Shown here: piece by piece, positions 17,999 to 28,342 of the stretch | Layout of the letters: the number at the start of each line of letters is the position of its first letter | Numbering within the stretch: position 1 is the first letter of the stretch | DNA from: Alphaproteobacteria bacterium | GTDB taxonomy: Bacteria > Pseudomonadota > Alphaproteobacteria > Rs-D84 | Direction: 5' to 3' | DNA length: 64,000 nt | Assembly: GCA_015062445.1 (NCBI GenBank) | Contig: SUUQ01000005.1 | Coordinates: forward strand, 1,668-65,667 | The notes under the pieces: generated by a model | Told to the model about the DNA's origin: nothing | Databases searched by the model: none | What the model saw: only the letters and a program-made list of their open reading frames with translations | Position numbers and translations under genes: made by a program

Positions 17999-20146
17999 AT
18001 GAGAAAGTTATTAACTTGTTTTATATCACTGCTGGTTGCGTCACCGTATGCGGTTGCGGCTGATTCTGCTGTGTCCCGTGCATTGCCTGGGGCGACTGTT
18101 GGCACGACAACACAATCCGGCACATCACGTGTGGCTACGCGTGGCACGATATCGCGCAGTATACCCACAAATTCATCTAATGCTAATACTGATAGTGCTG
18201 AGCCAACATCTTCAACCAGTCGCACTGGAAATATAACACGTGCGCTCAGTGCGAATACTGTATCTAATTCTGCCCGCAGCAGTTTAGACGACACTGTAAG
18301 TACCGTTGGTCGTAACAGTCGTGTATCGTCTGCCAGTATCAACAGTAATCCAGTTGTTCGGCGCGCAGGGTTGGTTTTGCGTCCCTCTACAGCCGAGGTT
18401 GGCGGCCGCGCCACCATTGACGAAACAGGAACACAAACCGGTTCCAACATGGACGAAGCCATCAGAAAAGTGTCATCACGTGCGGCTGCAACTGCCACCC
18501 GTGAATCGATTGCAGATGCCACGGCTCGCCTGGAACAGACGGCTGCACTGAACCAATCGTGCCAGCAACAGTATAATGATTGCATGGACCAGTTTTGTGC
18601 TGTTATTGATGCCAACCAGGGGCGCTGTTCTTGTTCTTCAAATTTGTCGCGGTACACACGTGTTGAATCTGCGGTCAAAGATGCCAATACCCAGTTGAAC
18701 GAAGTTGCCCAGCGTATTCGCTATGTTGGCCTGTCTGCGGATGAAATACGCGCCATCATGAACGAGACCGAAGCCGAACAGGCGCTAAGTGGTGCTGTCG
18801 ACACATCAACCAACCGCAACATGTTGGAAGAAATCGAAGATTTAATTCGTGATCCTGTCTCAAACACATCGTATTCGGCTGACACATATACCAGTCTGGA
18901 TTTAGACCTGGATTTTTCATCAGATGCATCGGATTTATTTAATCTGGACTTTTTATCCAGTGGCACCAGTGGCAGTTTTTCTAACCTGCGTGGCACAGAT
19001 TTGTACAACGCGGCCAAGCGGCGTTGTAATTCAATCTTGACCCGTTGCAAGGGGGCAGGTGCCACCGTACAGCAGATAACAGGTAATTATGACCTGGCGA
19101 TTGATAAAGACTGTATTGCATACGAACAGGGGTTGACCAAGATGAATGAAACCCTGGTGTCGAATGTCCGCAGTGCGAATTTAATGTTGCAAAAGGCACG
19201 CCTGGCGGTATTGCAGAACAAAAACCAATACGATGCCAAGGGGTGTGTTGCGGCGCTGGAAAACTGTATGAAGGATGATATGGTTTGTGGCGATGACTAT
19301 TTCAAGTGCGTTGACCCAACCAAAAAATATATCGATGAAAATGGCGAAGTTGTATTGGGGCAAAACATATCGAATATCACCGCATTTATGTCTGGGTACA
19401 ATAACGCAATGATATCAGAAGATGGATATTTGAAAAATGCATACAGTGTCCAAAAAATATCGGATGACTCATGCAAGGCGGCCCCCACGGGTGATAAGGT
19501 CAAGATGGGGGGGAATGACGGTTCTTGCATGGTAAAGTATTTGTTGCAAAAAATTGGAACTGGTCAAAAGGTCACAGACGAGGGGCTCTGTCGTGCTGTC
19601 CTGGACAAGTGTCAGCGTTACACATACGATGCCAATGGCAATTATATGCCATACAATGACATTGTTGAAAACTATGTCCAGCGTGCCATGGTGAACATCC
19701 GTGCGGCCCAGTACAATATAATCTCGGACTATGCATCCACATGCATGGTTGATATTGCCAACTGTTACAACCAGCAGGTGACCCAGGTAAACGCATGGTC
19801 ATCAAATGCCAGTGTGACAAACATATACAATGTTATGCGTGGTGCGTGTCGCAATGTTGCGCTGACCTGTGCCTATGCGGTATTTGCCGCTGATACAACA
19901 AGTTGTCCAGCCAACAATGCCGATAAATGCATCAACAGCATATCTGAAATGTTCTATCAGTCATTATTGTGTCCAGACAATTCGACCTATGTTGCAACTG
20001 CGGTGGGTGCAGAGAACGTTGGCAATGGCCGTGAATATGTCAACGTCAATTGCAAATGTAATAATGGCTACGAGGCCTGGGGTAATGCGTGTCTGTTAAA
20101 ATGTACGGACAATAAAACACGCAATGCCTATGGTACATGCGAATAG
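17999..20146 (+). CDS. Large secreted protein: disordered Ser/Thr/Arg-rich N-terminal region plus a Cys-rich C-terminal domain (paralog 2)
   Basis: Signal peptide 'MRKLLTCFISLLVASPYAVAAD'. Region 'QSCQQQYNDCMDQFCAVIDANQGRCSC' is collinear with 'NNCMESYYTCMDEICTARNAAQRRCAC' in paralog 1. Extended -10 'TGATATAAT' at 17977-17985. Confidence 0.75.
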   Translation: MRKLLTCFISLLVASPYAVAADSAVSRALPGATVGTTTQSGTSRVATRGTISRSIPTNSSNANTDSAEPTSSTSRTGNITRALSANTVSNSARSSLDDTVSTVGRNSRVSSASINSNPVVRRAGLVLRPSTAEVGGRATIDETGTQTGSNMDEAIRKVSSRAAATATRESIADATARLEQTAALNQSCQQQYNDCMDQFCAVIDANQGRCSCSSNLSRYTRVESAVKDANTQLNEVAQRIRYVGLSADEIRAIMNETEAEQALSGAVDTSTNRNMLEEIEDLIRDPVSNTSYSADTYTSLDLDLDFSSDASDLFNLDFLSSGTSGSFSNLRGTDLYNAAKRRCNSILTRCKGAGATVQQITGNYDLAIDKDCIAYEQGLTKMNETLVSNVRSANLMLQKARLAVLQNKNQYDAKGCVAALENCMKDDMVCGDDYFKCVDPTKKYIDENGEVVLGQNISNITAFMSGYNNAMISEDGYLKNAYSVQKISDDSCKAAPTGDKVKMGGNDGSCMVKYLLQKIGTGQKVTDEGLCRAVLDKCQRYTYDANGNYMPYNDIVENYVQRAMVNIRAAQYNIISDYASTCMVDIANCYNQQVTQVNAWSSNASVTNIYNVMRGACRNVALTCAYAVFAADTTSCPANNADKCINSISEMFYQSLLCPDNSTYVATAVGAENVGNGREYVNVNCKCNNGYEAWGNACLLKCTDNKTRNAYGTCE

Positions 20147-20151
20147 ACCTT

Positions 20152-20186
20152 AAAAAATCCCCACAAAAATGTGGGGGGTTTTATTT
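20152..20186. terminator. Bidirectional terminator between paralog 2 and dnaQ
   Basis: Hairpin 'ccccacaaaaatgtgggg' flanked by an A-run and a T-run. Confidence 0.7.
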
Positions 20187-20858
20187 GTTAATAATTTTCA
20201 TAAACTTTTCGTGATTTTCCAATTCATCTGGTTTTGGTTCAAACTTTCTGTATGGGAAATTTCCACCAACTTTTGGATGTGCCAGCATTGCCGCATGCTG
20301 TTTTGCGATAATGTCGTGAATATCTGGTGCGGGTTCTGTGTTTTCCAGTTCCAAATACACCTTGGCCAGAATTTCCGAGTCAATCAATGCCCCGTGTGCA
20401 TCTGCACGTGCCGTCAGTGAAATTCCATACCATTTTGCCAACGCATCCAGTGTATAACTTTTTGGCCCAAACACACGATTTCGTGCGATAACCAGTGTAT
20501 CCATCTGTTGTTCACGTGGAATTGTTTTCAGGTTCAGTCTTTGTAATTCCTGGTTAACAAATGGAAAGTCAAAGTCCAGTCCATTGTGTGCGACAATCGG
20601 GCTGTCCCCGATGTATTCCAAGAATCGTGGTGCGATTTCAGACATCTTTGGTTTATCTTCCAAAAATGCATTTGAAATTTTATGAACCATATATGTGTCA
20701 GGTGGGATAATTTTACCTTCTGGGTTAATGTATTCATGGAAAGAATTATCTGTAATTTTTCCGTCTAAAATTTCGACAGCCCCGATTTCGATAACACGGT
20801 CGCCGTGCATATAGTCAAAACCTGTTGTTTCAATGTCAAAGCAAATAACACGTTTCAT
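20181..20858 (-). CDS. dnaQ: DNA polymerase III epsilon subunit (3'-5' exonuclease)
   Basis: Exo I motif 'FDIETTGFD'; 'HNGLDFDFPFV'; Exo III 'HGALIDSEILAKVY'. Confidence 0.9.
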   Translation of the reverse strand: MKRVICFDIETTGFDYMHGDRVIEIGAVEILDGKITDNSFHEYINPEGKIIPPDTYMVHKISNAFLEDKPKMSEIAPRFLEYIGDSPIVAHNGLDFDFPFVNQELQRLNLKTIPREQQMDTLVIARNRVFGPKSYTLDALAKWYGISLTARADAHGALIDSEILAKVYLELENTEPAPDIHDIIAKQHAAMLAHPKVGGNFPYRKFEPKPDELENHEKFMKIINK

Positions 20859-20910
20859 TGTTAAAAATCCATTCCTTTATCATAAATGTTTGTGGTATTA
20901 TAATGAAACG

Positions 20911-23001
20911 ATGGACACAATGCTAGAAAATCTTAACAACGAACAGCGCCTGGCGGTTGAAACGACCGATGGTCCACTGTTGGTATTGTCTGGCGCCGGC
21001 ACGGGCAAGACACGTGTTCTAACAACTCGCATTGCATATATATTAAACAAACATCTGGCGATGCCGTGGCAGGTTTTATCCCTGACCTTTACGAACAAGG
21101 CCGCCCGTGAAATGCAGACTCGTCTGACAGATTTATCCGATGGCCTGTGGAATCCGCATGACATCTGGTGTGGTACGTTTCATTCAATGTGTCTGCGTAT
21201 ATTGCGTGCCAACGCACCATATGTTGGACTGAATCGTAACTTCATCATATATAACGAAGACGACCAAAAATCAGTCATAAAATCATTATTGTCAGAATCA
21301 ACGAAAAAGCCCGAAGACTATGTCGAAGAATTTTCACGTATCAAAGACAAGGGGCTGTCGGCATTGTCATATCACGACCGTATTTATGATGCCTATAACG
21401 CAGAATTGTTGCGTCTAAATGCGGTTGATTTTGGCGATATAATATTGCGTGTTTTGGAATTGTTTGAAAAAAATCCTGATATATTGTCCCGCTATCAAAA
21501 TCAGTTCAAATATATTCTGGTGGACGAATTTCAAGACACAAACAATGCCCAAATGGAATTTTTGCAGATGCTGACCCGTGGCCAAGACACACCAAATATT
21601 TGCTGTGTTGGTGATGATGACCAGTCTATTTATTCATGGCGTGGTGCCGAGATAAAACATATCTTGAATTTTGAAAAAACATTTCCCAATGCCCAGATAA
21701 TTCGTCTGGAAACAAACTATCGCAGTACATCGAATATCTTGAATGCCGCCAATTCATTAATTCGTCACAATCGTGGTCGCCTGGGCAAAGACCTGCGTTC
21801 TGTTCCCGGGGCCAACGGTGGTGCCGGTGAACCCGTGTATGTTTTGACATTGCCATCTGACCGGGACGAGGCACGCATAATCGCCGATGCGATTTCACGT
21901 GATGGCACCAATGATTTTACCCAGTATGTACTGTTAATTCGCAGCGGTGGTTTGTCCCGTGTATTCGAAGAAGAATTTGCCACCCGTGGCATACCATATC
22001 GTGTTATTGGTGCGACCAAGTTCTATGACCGTATGGAAATCCGTGATGTGATTGCATATCTGCGTTTATTGGTGTTTCCGTTTGACGATGTGTCTTTTCT
22101 GCGTGTGATTGGCAAGCCCCGTCGTGGTTTTGGCCCCCGTGCGATTGAAAATTTGCGTTCATCTGGCACACATTTAATGGGTGCATTGCGTACAGCCGCA
22201 TTGTCGCCCAAGATGCGTTCAGTTGCGGATGAATTTTTATCTGCATTTGATTTTCAGTGGCCATCTATGTCGCCACGTGATGCCGCCAATACATTGCTGG
22301 AACGCAGTGGTTATATGAACATGTGGGCCCAGTCTCGTGATTCTGATGCCCAGGACAGAATATCGAACATACGTGAATTGTTGTCATCTGTGATATCCAG
22401 GTATGATACATTGCCTGAATTCTTGGAACAGGCAGCCCTGATGATGACGGACGACGATGATACCAATGACACATCGCACAATAACAATAATGTTCGAATT
22501 ATGACAATCCACGCAGCCAAAGGGTTGGAATTTGATACGGTATTTTTACCCTGCTGGGAAGAGGGTATATTCCCCAACGACAAATCAATCGGTGACGGTT
22601 CGGTCGAAGAAGAACGTCGTCTGGCATATGTTGCAATAACCCGTGCAAGACATCGTTGCATAATATCGAATTCTATGTCACGTTTGATGTATGGTTCACG
22701 TCAGTATAATTCCCCCAGTCGCTTTATAACCGAAATGGACAATCGTTATTTGGATTTCCAGGGTGGTACCCCACGACCCATGTATTCGGATACGTATAAA
22801 ACTGTTCCACGTTCATATGATACGCAACGACGTCCTGCCCGAATAAAGTCTGCATCATACGTTGGCAAACTGGTATCGCATTCTGAATTGGGGGGCGGTG
22901 TTGTCATCGAAGACAATGGTTCGATATTAACAGTTGCATTCAAAACACGTGGCATTAAAAAGGTTGCCCGTGAATACATAACTGTTCTTGCCCAGGTATA
23001 A
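20911..23001 (+). CDS. uvrD: ATP-dependent DNA helicase, UvrD/Rep family
   Basis: Walker A 'SGAGTGKT', 'LTFTNKAAREM', 'VDEFQDTN' and 'TIHAAKGLEFD'. Start set at MDTMLEN to avoid overlap with dnaQ. Confidence 0.88.
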   Translation: MDTMLENLNNEQRLAVETTDGPLLVLSGAGTGKTRVLTTRIAYILNKHLAMPWQVLSLTFTNKAAREMQTRLTDLSDGLWNPHDIWCGTFHSMCLRILRANAPYVGLNRNFIIYNEDDQKSVIKSLLSESTKKPEDYVEEFSRIKDKGLSALSYHDRIYDAYNAELLRLNAVDFGDIILRVLELFEKNPDILSRYQNQFKYILVDEFQDTNNAQMEFLQMLTRGQDTPNICCVGDDDQSIYSWRGAEIKHILNFEKTFPNAQIIRLETNYRSTSNILNAANSLIRHNRGRLGKDLRSVPGANGGAGEPVYVLTLPSDRDEARIIADAISRDGTNDFTQYVLLIRSGGLSRVFEEEFATRGIPYRVIGATKFYDRMEIRDVIAYLRLLVFPFDDVSFLRVIGKPRRGFGPRAIENLRSSGTHLMGALRTAALSPKMRSVADEFLSAFDFQWPSMSPRDAANTLLERSGYMNMWAQSRDSDAQDRISNIRELLSSVISRYDTLPEFLEQAALMMTDDDDTNDTSHNNNNVRIMTIHAAKGLEFDTVFLPCWEEGIFPNDKSIGDGSVEEERRLAYVAITRARHRCIISNSMSRLMYGSRQYNSPSRFITEMDNRYLDFQGGTPRPMYSDTYKTVPRSYDTQRRPARIKSASYVGKLVSHSELGGGVVIEDNGSILTVAFKTRGIKKVAREYITVLAQV

Positions 23002-23030
23002 GACCATGCAGATACAATCTGGTACAGTTA

Positions 23031-24332
23031 TTATTTTTTACCACCAGATTTTATAATATTGTACCATGTTTTTGTTGTTGCTTTGGTTTTATTCCACAGT
23101 GTTTTTACATCGCTTTTCAGCATGTCGCCCATTTTTGTGTCGATTGTCCCACCCAGTTCACTGGCGATTTTCATTGCATTCTTGGCCAGGTACATTGCGA
23201 TTGCAACAATCAACAGTGTGACAAAGAATCCAGGGTTATCAAACTGGGGGATTGTGTCAGTTGTTCCAAAATCAACAATGTATCCCAACAGTGCCACGCA
23301 AATTGCGATAACGATACTTAACACTATAAAGTGCAGGGCCGCATTAATAAACCGTGAAATTTGCGATTGCAGTGATTCTGGTTTAAATATTCCCATAAAT
23401 CCGTTAAAAATATCACCTGCGATACCCTTGTACGATGTTTTTCCGATTGTTTCTGCCAGTGCAGTAAATGGCAACATAATAATTCCCAAGAATAAATCTG
23501 CAATCACACCGAACGCAATAAACGCAAATCGCCAGCTTAGCATTATAAAGCATATAATCAGTGTTACACCGGCGGCGAATCCAAAAACACTGTTTCCGAC
23601 TGACATGCCAATCCATTTCCACCCCAGTGCCACCACGGTATAGCAAAACCCAGCCAATCTGGTTGGTACGCACATAATATTTGCAGCATGTTCTGCATCA
23701 ATCAGGTTTTCTGGCAACGTGTGATTTGCGGCATATTCATGAATTGCCCCGCATGTATCTGGCAGGTTAATTCCCGCCGTCTGTGTAATTGCATTCAGAA
23801 TTGTATCTGAAATGATTGTTCCCATTTGCAGTATTGGTGACATAACAAACATAAAAGTTTTTGCTGGTCCAATCATCAGAATGCCTGTCCAGACTGCGAC
23901 CATAACACCCCTTTTTACGATTTCCTTGATTTTGTCTTCTGGTTTACTTTGACCTGTGATGATTGTGTATGCTTCGAACCCAATCCAGAACCCGTATGCA
24001 ATGATAATAAACAGTATCACAAAGCGCACCAGTGAAGTGTCCAGCACATGTGCTACAAATGAAAACGCATTCATAAATGCCAGTCCAATTTTTGCTTCGA
24101 CGGGGACAAAGTCTGCCACGATTTGTTTTTGTGCATTGTCTTGGAAGTATTGCACATCATTGCCCAGTGTTTCTACAAATCGCTGGTGATTATTTTCTGT
24201 TGCCCATGTGCCGTATTCGCCAACATCTGCCATCGGCAGGTTTGATTCTGCACAGACCCCTGGCGACATCAGACAGATTGCCATCGCAATGACAGGCACG
24301 ATTTTTGATAAAAAATTTTTTATCACATTCAT
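23031..24332 (-). CDS. Polytopic membrane protein, member A of a 5-gene paralog array (VirB6/TrbL-like?)
   Basis: Signal peptide, at least 6 TM segments, Cys pairs in loops, and a Lys-rich C-tail 'KTLWNKTKATTKTWYNIIKSGGKK'. Its start overlaps the stop of the upstream gene. Confidence 0.6.
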   Translation of the reverse strand: MNVIKNFLSKIVPVIAMAICLMSPGVCAESNLPMADVGEYGTWATENNHQRFVETLGNDVQYFQDNAQKQIVADFVPVEAKIGLAFMNAFSFVAHVLDTSLVRFVILFIIIAYGFWIGFEAYTIITGQSKPEDKIKEIVKRGVMVAVWTGILMIGPAKTFMFVMSPILQMGTIISDTILNAITQTAGINLPDTCGAIHEYAANHTLPENLIDAEHAANIMCVPTRLAGFCYTVVALGWKWIGMSVGNSVFGFAAGVTLIICFIMLSWRFAFIAFGVIADLFLGIIMLPFTALAETIGKTSYKGIAGDIFNGFMGIFKPESLQSQISRFINAALHFIVLSIVIAICVALLGYIVDFGTTDTIPQFDNPGFFVTLLIVAIAMYLAKNAMKIASELGGTIDTKMGDMLKSDVKTLWNKTKATTKTWYNIIKSGGKK

Positions 24333-25819
24333 TACTTTTTACCCATTGCCTTGGAAATTTTTTCTGTTATTTGCACAGGTACATGCCATATTTTTTGTCC
24401 CAGGTCATGTATCCATGCACCAAAGTCAAACTGTTCACCTGTCGCGACATTTGCATTTTCGCCTGGTATCGGCAGTTTCACACCGCCCGCCGGCAACAGT
24501 TTATCGATTTTCGGACTGATTGCATAATAGTACAAACAGAACAGGCACACCATCATCAGCAAGAAATTCCATCCGTCTTTCATAAAATCGAATGCCCCCG
24601 GGTATTTTCTTTCTACTTCGGCCCGCCGTGCTGTAAAGCAGTTTTTGAATGCATCTTTATCCATTTCACCATTTGCCAGTGCGACCTGTTCACAGGTTTT
24701 GAAAACATTCATGACACTTAACGTTTGTGCATCTGGATTTTCTGGAACCTGGCCCATCATTGGGGGCAGTATTGCGCTGTAGCCGTCATTTGGACCTGGC
24801 ATAAATGTGTCTGCAGTATATGATACAGTTGCGTATATGACCAGTACTTTCAATGTGATTGCCACGATTCTTACTGCAGACGATATCAGCATCTCTAATG
24901 CCTTGCTGACCAGTCCGCTGGCCTTGGCCCAGGTTCCTTCAAATGCACTTGCCGCCAGCAGCAGTGGCATAAAAATGATTAAGAAAATTAACTTGAACAC
25001 CACAGACAATATTTGAAAGAATAAATCAAATCCGATAATCATGAACATTATCACCAATACCAATCCTGCAATCCATGTGAATGCGCCCCCGCCCATCCCC
25101 ATCCATGCATAGTTCATCATTGCAAAACCACCTGCGGCCCCGGCCAGCATAACAGAGTTTATATTTCCCATCACGCACATAAAAGGGTTCATAACCGGGT
25201 TCAGTATATCTGACGATTCTGTATTATGACCTGATGCCAACGCATTGCATTGTGCCGCATCTGTCACCCCAGTTGCCGCCATTGACAGTTCGGCCCCGAC
25301 ATACAGCACGGGCGTGATGGTGATTTGTGAAACGGTCTTCAGTGCATCTGTGCCGCCCATTCCCAGCGCCCCCATCAGAACACCAACAAATATGATTCTG
25401 ATGCCTTGCTTCCATATTTTTTCGAACCATGGGTGGAATTCAATTTTATGTTCCTTAGGTTCCAGTGTTGCTGTCTGCTTTGCGTGATTAAATATGTATT
25501 GTACGGTGTGTATAAAGATAAAAATACCGAACCCGATAACCATCAAAATCCACAGGTTGTCCACCATCAACGTCCAGAATTTTTCTGTTGCGCTGCCCAG
25601 TACACCGAATAAATCTGCGATATATCGACACAGGAAACATCCGTTTGCCGTTGCAATGTCGCCATTTTCAACACCTGCTGCGACCAAGAAATTATCCATG
25701 CTGGTATATGTTATTGCTGCCCCACCAATTGACGAAGATACATACCAAATCCCCAGCCCCAGTGCAACCAGTCCCATAACTATTCTGACAGCGATTAAGA
25801 TTAATTGTGCTTTTAACAT
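24332..25819 (-). CDS. Polytopic membrane protein, member B of the array
   Basis: About 10 TM segments. Shares the 'P(L/F)xxLxxxxFxGxW' TM motif ('PLLLAASAFEGTW') and a Lys-rich tail with its paralogs. Coupled TAATG-type overlaps on both sides. Confidence 0.6.
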   Translation of the reverse strand: MLKAQLILIAVRIVMGLVALGLGIWYVSSSIGGAAITYTSMDNFLVAAGVENGDIATANGCFLCRYIADLFGVLGSATEKFWTLMVDNLWILMVIGFGIFIFIHTVQYIFNHAKQTATLEPKEHKIEFHPWFEKIWKQGIRIIFVGVLMGALGMGGTDALKTVSQITITPVLYVGAELSMAATGVTDAAQCNALASGHNTESSDILNPVMNPFMCVMGNINSVMLAGAAGGFAMMNYAWMGMGGGAFTWIAGLVLVIMFMIIGFDLFFQILSVVFKLIFLIIFMPLLLAASAFEGTWAKASGLVSKALEMLISSAVRIVAITLKVLVIYATVSYTADTFMPGPNDGYSAILPPMMGQVPENPDAQTLSVMNVFKTCEQVALANGEMDKDAFKNCFTARRAEVERKYPGAFDFMKDGWNFLLMMVCLFCLYYYAISPKIDKLLPAGGVKLPIPGENANVATGEQFDFGAWIHDLGQKIWHVPVQITEKISKAMGKK

Positions 25820-27009
25820 TATTTGCTGTCCTTTTTATCGCCACCTGACACGATTGTTTTTCCAATTTTAACAGTTGTGTCGACCGCATCTTTGACCAGT
25901 GTTATCATGTCGTTTGCCAGTTGTTCACCCATATCTTTTTTCTCGGACACATCAAATGCCGCCAGAATCATTTTTGTGATTTGTGGAATTTGTCCTTGGA
26001 TATAGTTTAGCACATATACCAACACAATCGCACTCATAAACGTCATTGCCTGCAGGTTTTCTGTATTCAAATCCGCTTCGAATATTTGTCCTGTGGTAAT
26101 TGCGTTCATCAAGTCGGCTGCCGACGCATCTGGCGCAGAAAAGAATTTTGCGATAATGACCATAATGACTGTGTATGTCAGTACCACTGACCCCAACGTG
26201 ACAATTGCATTAATCAGATTTTTAATTTGATTAACACCGACCCCTGACCCCAGTTTTCCAATCCATTCTGGCACATGTTCTGCGCCTTTGAATGCGAATG
26301 TCACCAGCGAGATTGGAAAGAAAAACGCAAAGAAAGCCATCGCCACAATTGCATCTGCGAAATAGCAACAATATCTAAAGAACAGCTTAAAGAATCCCCA
26401 TGCTAAATACAGTCCGATAAAGAACAAAATAATATGTTTAATCAAACTACCTGGTCCCAACAGTGCCTGCCATGAAAATGCCTGGTCCATCATTGCGATT
26501 CCCAGTTTTATGTATGCCTGGAATTGTGTGATTGTTTTTTTCATCAACAGTATAATTTTGTCCCGCAGTTGTGGTCTGAAAAAACCATCTTCGGTCATTT
26601 TTTCTGGTTGGTATGTTACTTTTTCTTCGACCGCATCTGTGTCCATTTGTGTGATTGTCTGGGTGTATGTCAATGTGATTTGTGCAACTGGCTCAAACGT
26701 AATAGTTGTTAAAATCCGTGGCAGCATAACCCCCATCCCCATCAGCGCAATTGCGACAATGCCATTTATAAAAACTTTTTGAATTGATTTTTCATACAGT
26801 GTATCTGCGAAATCATTTTGGAAATTTTTCCAAATTGCATTAACCATGAATACTGCAAACAGCATCACAAACAGTACAACACAAATTTGGCTGAATGTGC
26901 CGTATATTTCTGCAGCTGCAACAGATATGATTTGAAACAGTCTGTCAAACACCCCACAGCCCCAACACTGCACTGCATTTTCCACCAAAGATGATGCGAA
27001 ATTATTCAT
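25819..27009 (-). CDS. Polytopic membrane protein, member C of the array
   Basis: Multi-TM; 'PISLVTFAFKGAEHVPEW' motif; Lys/Asp tail 'GGDKKDSK'. Overlaps its neighbours by 1 nt. Confidence 0.6.
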   Translation of the reverse strand: MNNFASSLVENAVQCWGCGVFDRLFQIISVAAAEIYGTFSQICVVLFVMLFAVFMVNAIWKNFQNDFADTLYEKSIQKVFINGIVAIALMGMGVMLPRILTTITFEPVAQITLTYTQTITQMDTDAVEEKVTYQPEKMTEDGFFRPQLRDKIILLMKKTITQFQAYIKLGIAMMDQAFSWQALLGPGSLIKHIILFFIGLYLAWGFFKLFFRYCCYFADAIVAMAFFAFFFPISLVTFAFKGAEHVPEWIGKLGSGVGVNQIKNLINAIVTLGSVVLTYTVIMVIIAKFFSAPDASAADLMNAITTGQIFEADLNTENLQAMTFMSAIVLVYVLNYIQGQIPQITKMILAAFDVSEKKDMGEQLANDMITLVKDAVDTTVKIGKTIVSGGDKKDSK

Positions 27010-28274
27010 TATTTTTTAATCCATCCTGCGGCGGTTCCGATTGCTTTTCCTGTTTTTTTGATGTTTCCCCAAATTGTGCCTGCGTCAGATTTTACACTGT
27101 TGTACAGTCCATCCATTCCGCCGCCGATATATTTCTTTAATTGTTCTTGTGTCTTGTCATAAATTTTGAACATCAAATACAGTGTTAATATTGCCGACAT
27201 CCATATCAAAGAATGTTGTCCAAAACCTGCGCCAGAATTTGCGATTTGTGGAACATTGCTGGCTGCACTGCCACCTGCGGCGACGACAAAAGTTGATACA
27301 TTTTCCATAAACAGTGCCCGTATAACTGCCAGATTTATACACAGCATAAATGCACACGCAATCATTGTCACGATTAATTGTTGCAGTGCCTTGGTAATGC
27401 CGCTGAATGCGGGCCAAACATCGAACCATTTATCACTGGGTTTTACAACATATGTCAGTACATAGAATGGATACAGAATTAATTGCATCCCGAAATTAAA
27501 TATCCCCTGGATAATCAGCAGTGCCATAAACAGATTGCTGCTGACGAATGTCAGTATTAAGATAATTCCTGTCACGATATTCATAAAATCTTGTCCGCCG
27601 TGCGGTATCAGTGTCATCAAACCTTTCAGTCCCTGGGTCAGACTATCAAATCCCCGCTTGATAATTTGATTGTTTGCATGTGACAGTTCTGATACGGGCT
27701 GTACCAGAAATTCACACGATTCCTGTGAAATCCAATCGTGTGCCAGAATGTCCGGTGGGCACTCAACTTTTGGTGGCTGTGCACCTGCTGCGTTAATTTG
27801 TTCTGTGATGTGACTGGTGTAAATCGCCCCCAGTTCCAAGAATGGATTAACCAACCACTGTGTTAAAAACACTGGTTTCATCTGCAACAAAAACAGTGCG
27901 GCAATAATTGCCCGCCCGCCTGATTTTAATGTGTTTTCGACAATCTGTGTCCCGGTAATTTTTCCATCGTAAATTTCGCCGCCCCCTGATATTCCCAGAA
28001 ATGACAGCCACTGTTTTGGAAAGTACATTTTTACCAGCGAAATCGTAATTGTAATCCCCAAGAATATCCAAACAAACGCATAGATAAAACCATTGCCGTT
28101 TCCGACAAAGAAATCATAAATTCCGGTTGCTACCAACATCATCGCATCCAGTACCATTGGAACGAACGGCGCCAGGTTCAGTGAATCGATGATATTTCCT
28201 GCATATGCCAAATCTGGGCACAGCATTGCCACCGCCAAACACAACCCAAAAAAAACTTTTTTCAGTAAATACAT
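27009..28274 (-). CDS. Polytopic membrane protein, member D (first gene of the 4-gene operon)
   Basis: Signal peptide 'MYLLKKVFFGLCLAVAMLCPDLAYA'; 'PFYVLTYVVKPSDKWFDVW' motif; tail 'KKTGKAIGTAAGWIKK'. Confidence 0.6.
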   Translation of the reverse strand: MYLLKKVFFGLCLAVAMLCPDLAYAGNIIDSLNLAPFVPMVLDAMMLVATGIYDFFVGNGNGFIYAFVWIFLGITITISLVKMYFPKQWLSFLGISGGGEIYDGKITGTQIVENTLKSGGRAIIAALFLLQMKPVFLTQWLVNPFLELGAIYTSHITEQINAAGAQPPKVECPPDILAHDWISQESCEFLVQPVSELSHANNQIIKRGFDSLTQGLKGLMTLIPHGGQDFMNIVTGIILILTFVSSNLFMALLIIQGIFNFGMQLILYPFYVLTYVVKPSDKWFDVWPAFSGITKALQQLIVTMIACAFMLCINLAVIRALFMENVSTFVVAAGGSAASNVPQIANSGAGFGQHSLIWMSAILTLYLMFKIYDKTQEQLKKYIGGGMDGLYNSVKSDAGTIWGNIKKTGKAIGTAAGWIKK

Positions 28275-28342
28275 TCTCTGTTTTTATTTTTATCTTTTCA
28301 ATTATATCACATTTTGTGCAAAATATGATATACTTAAAAACG

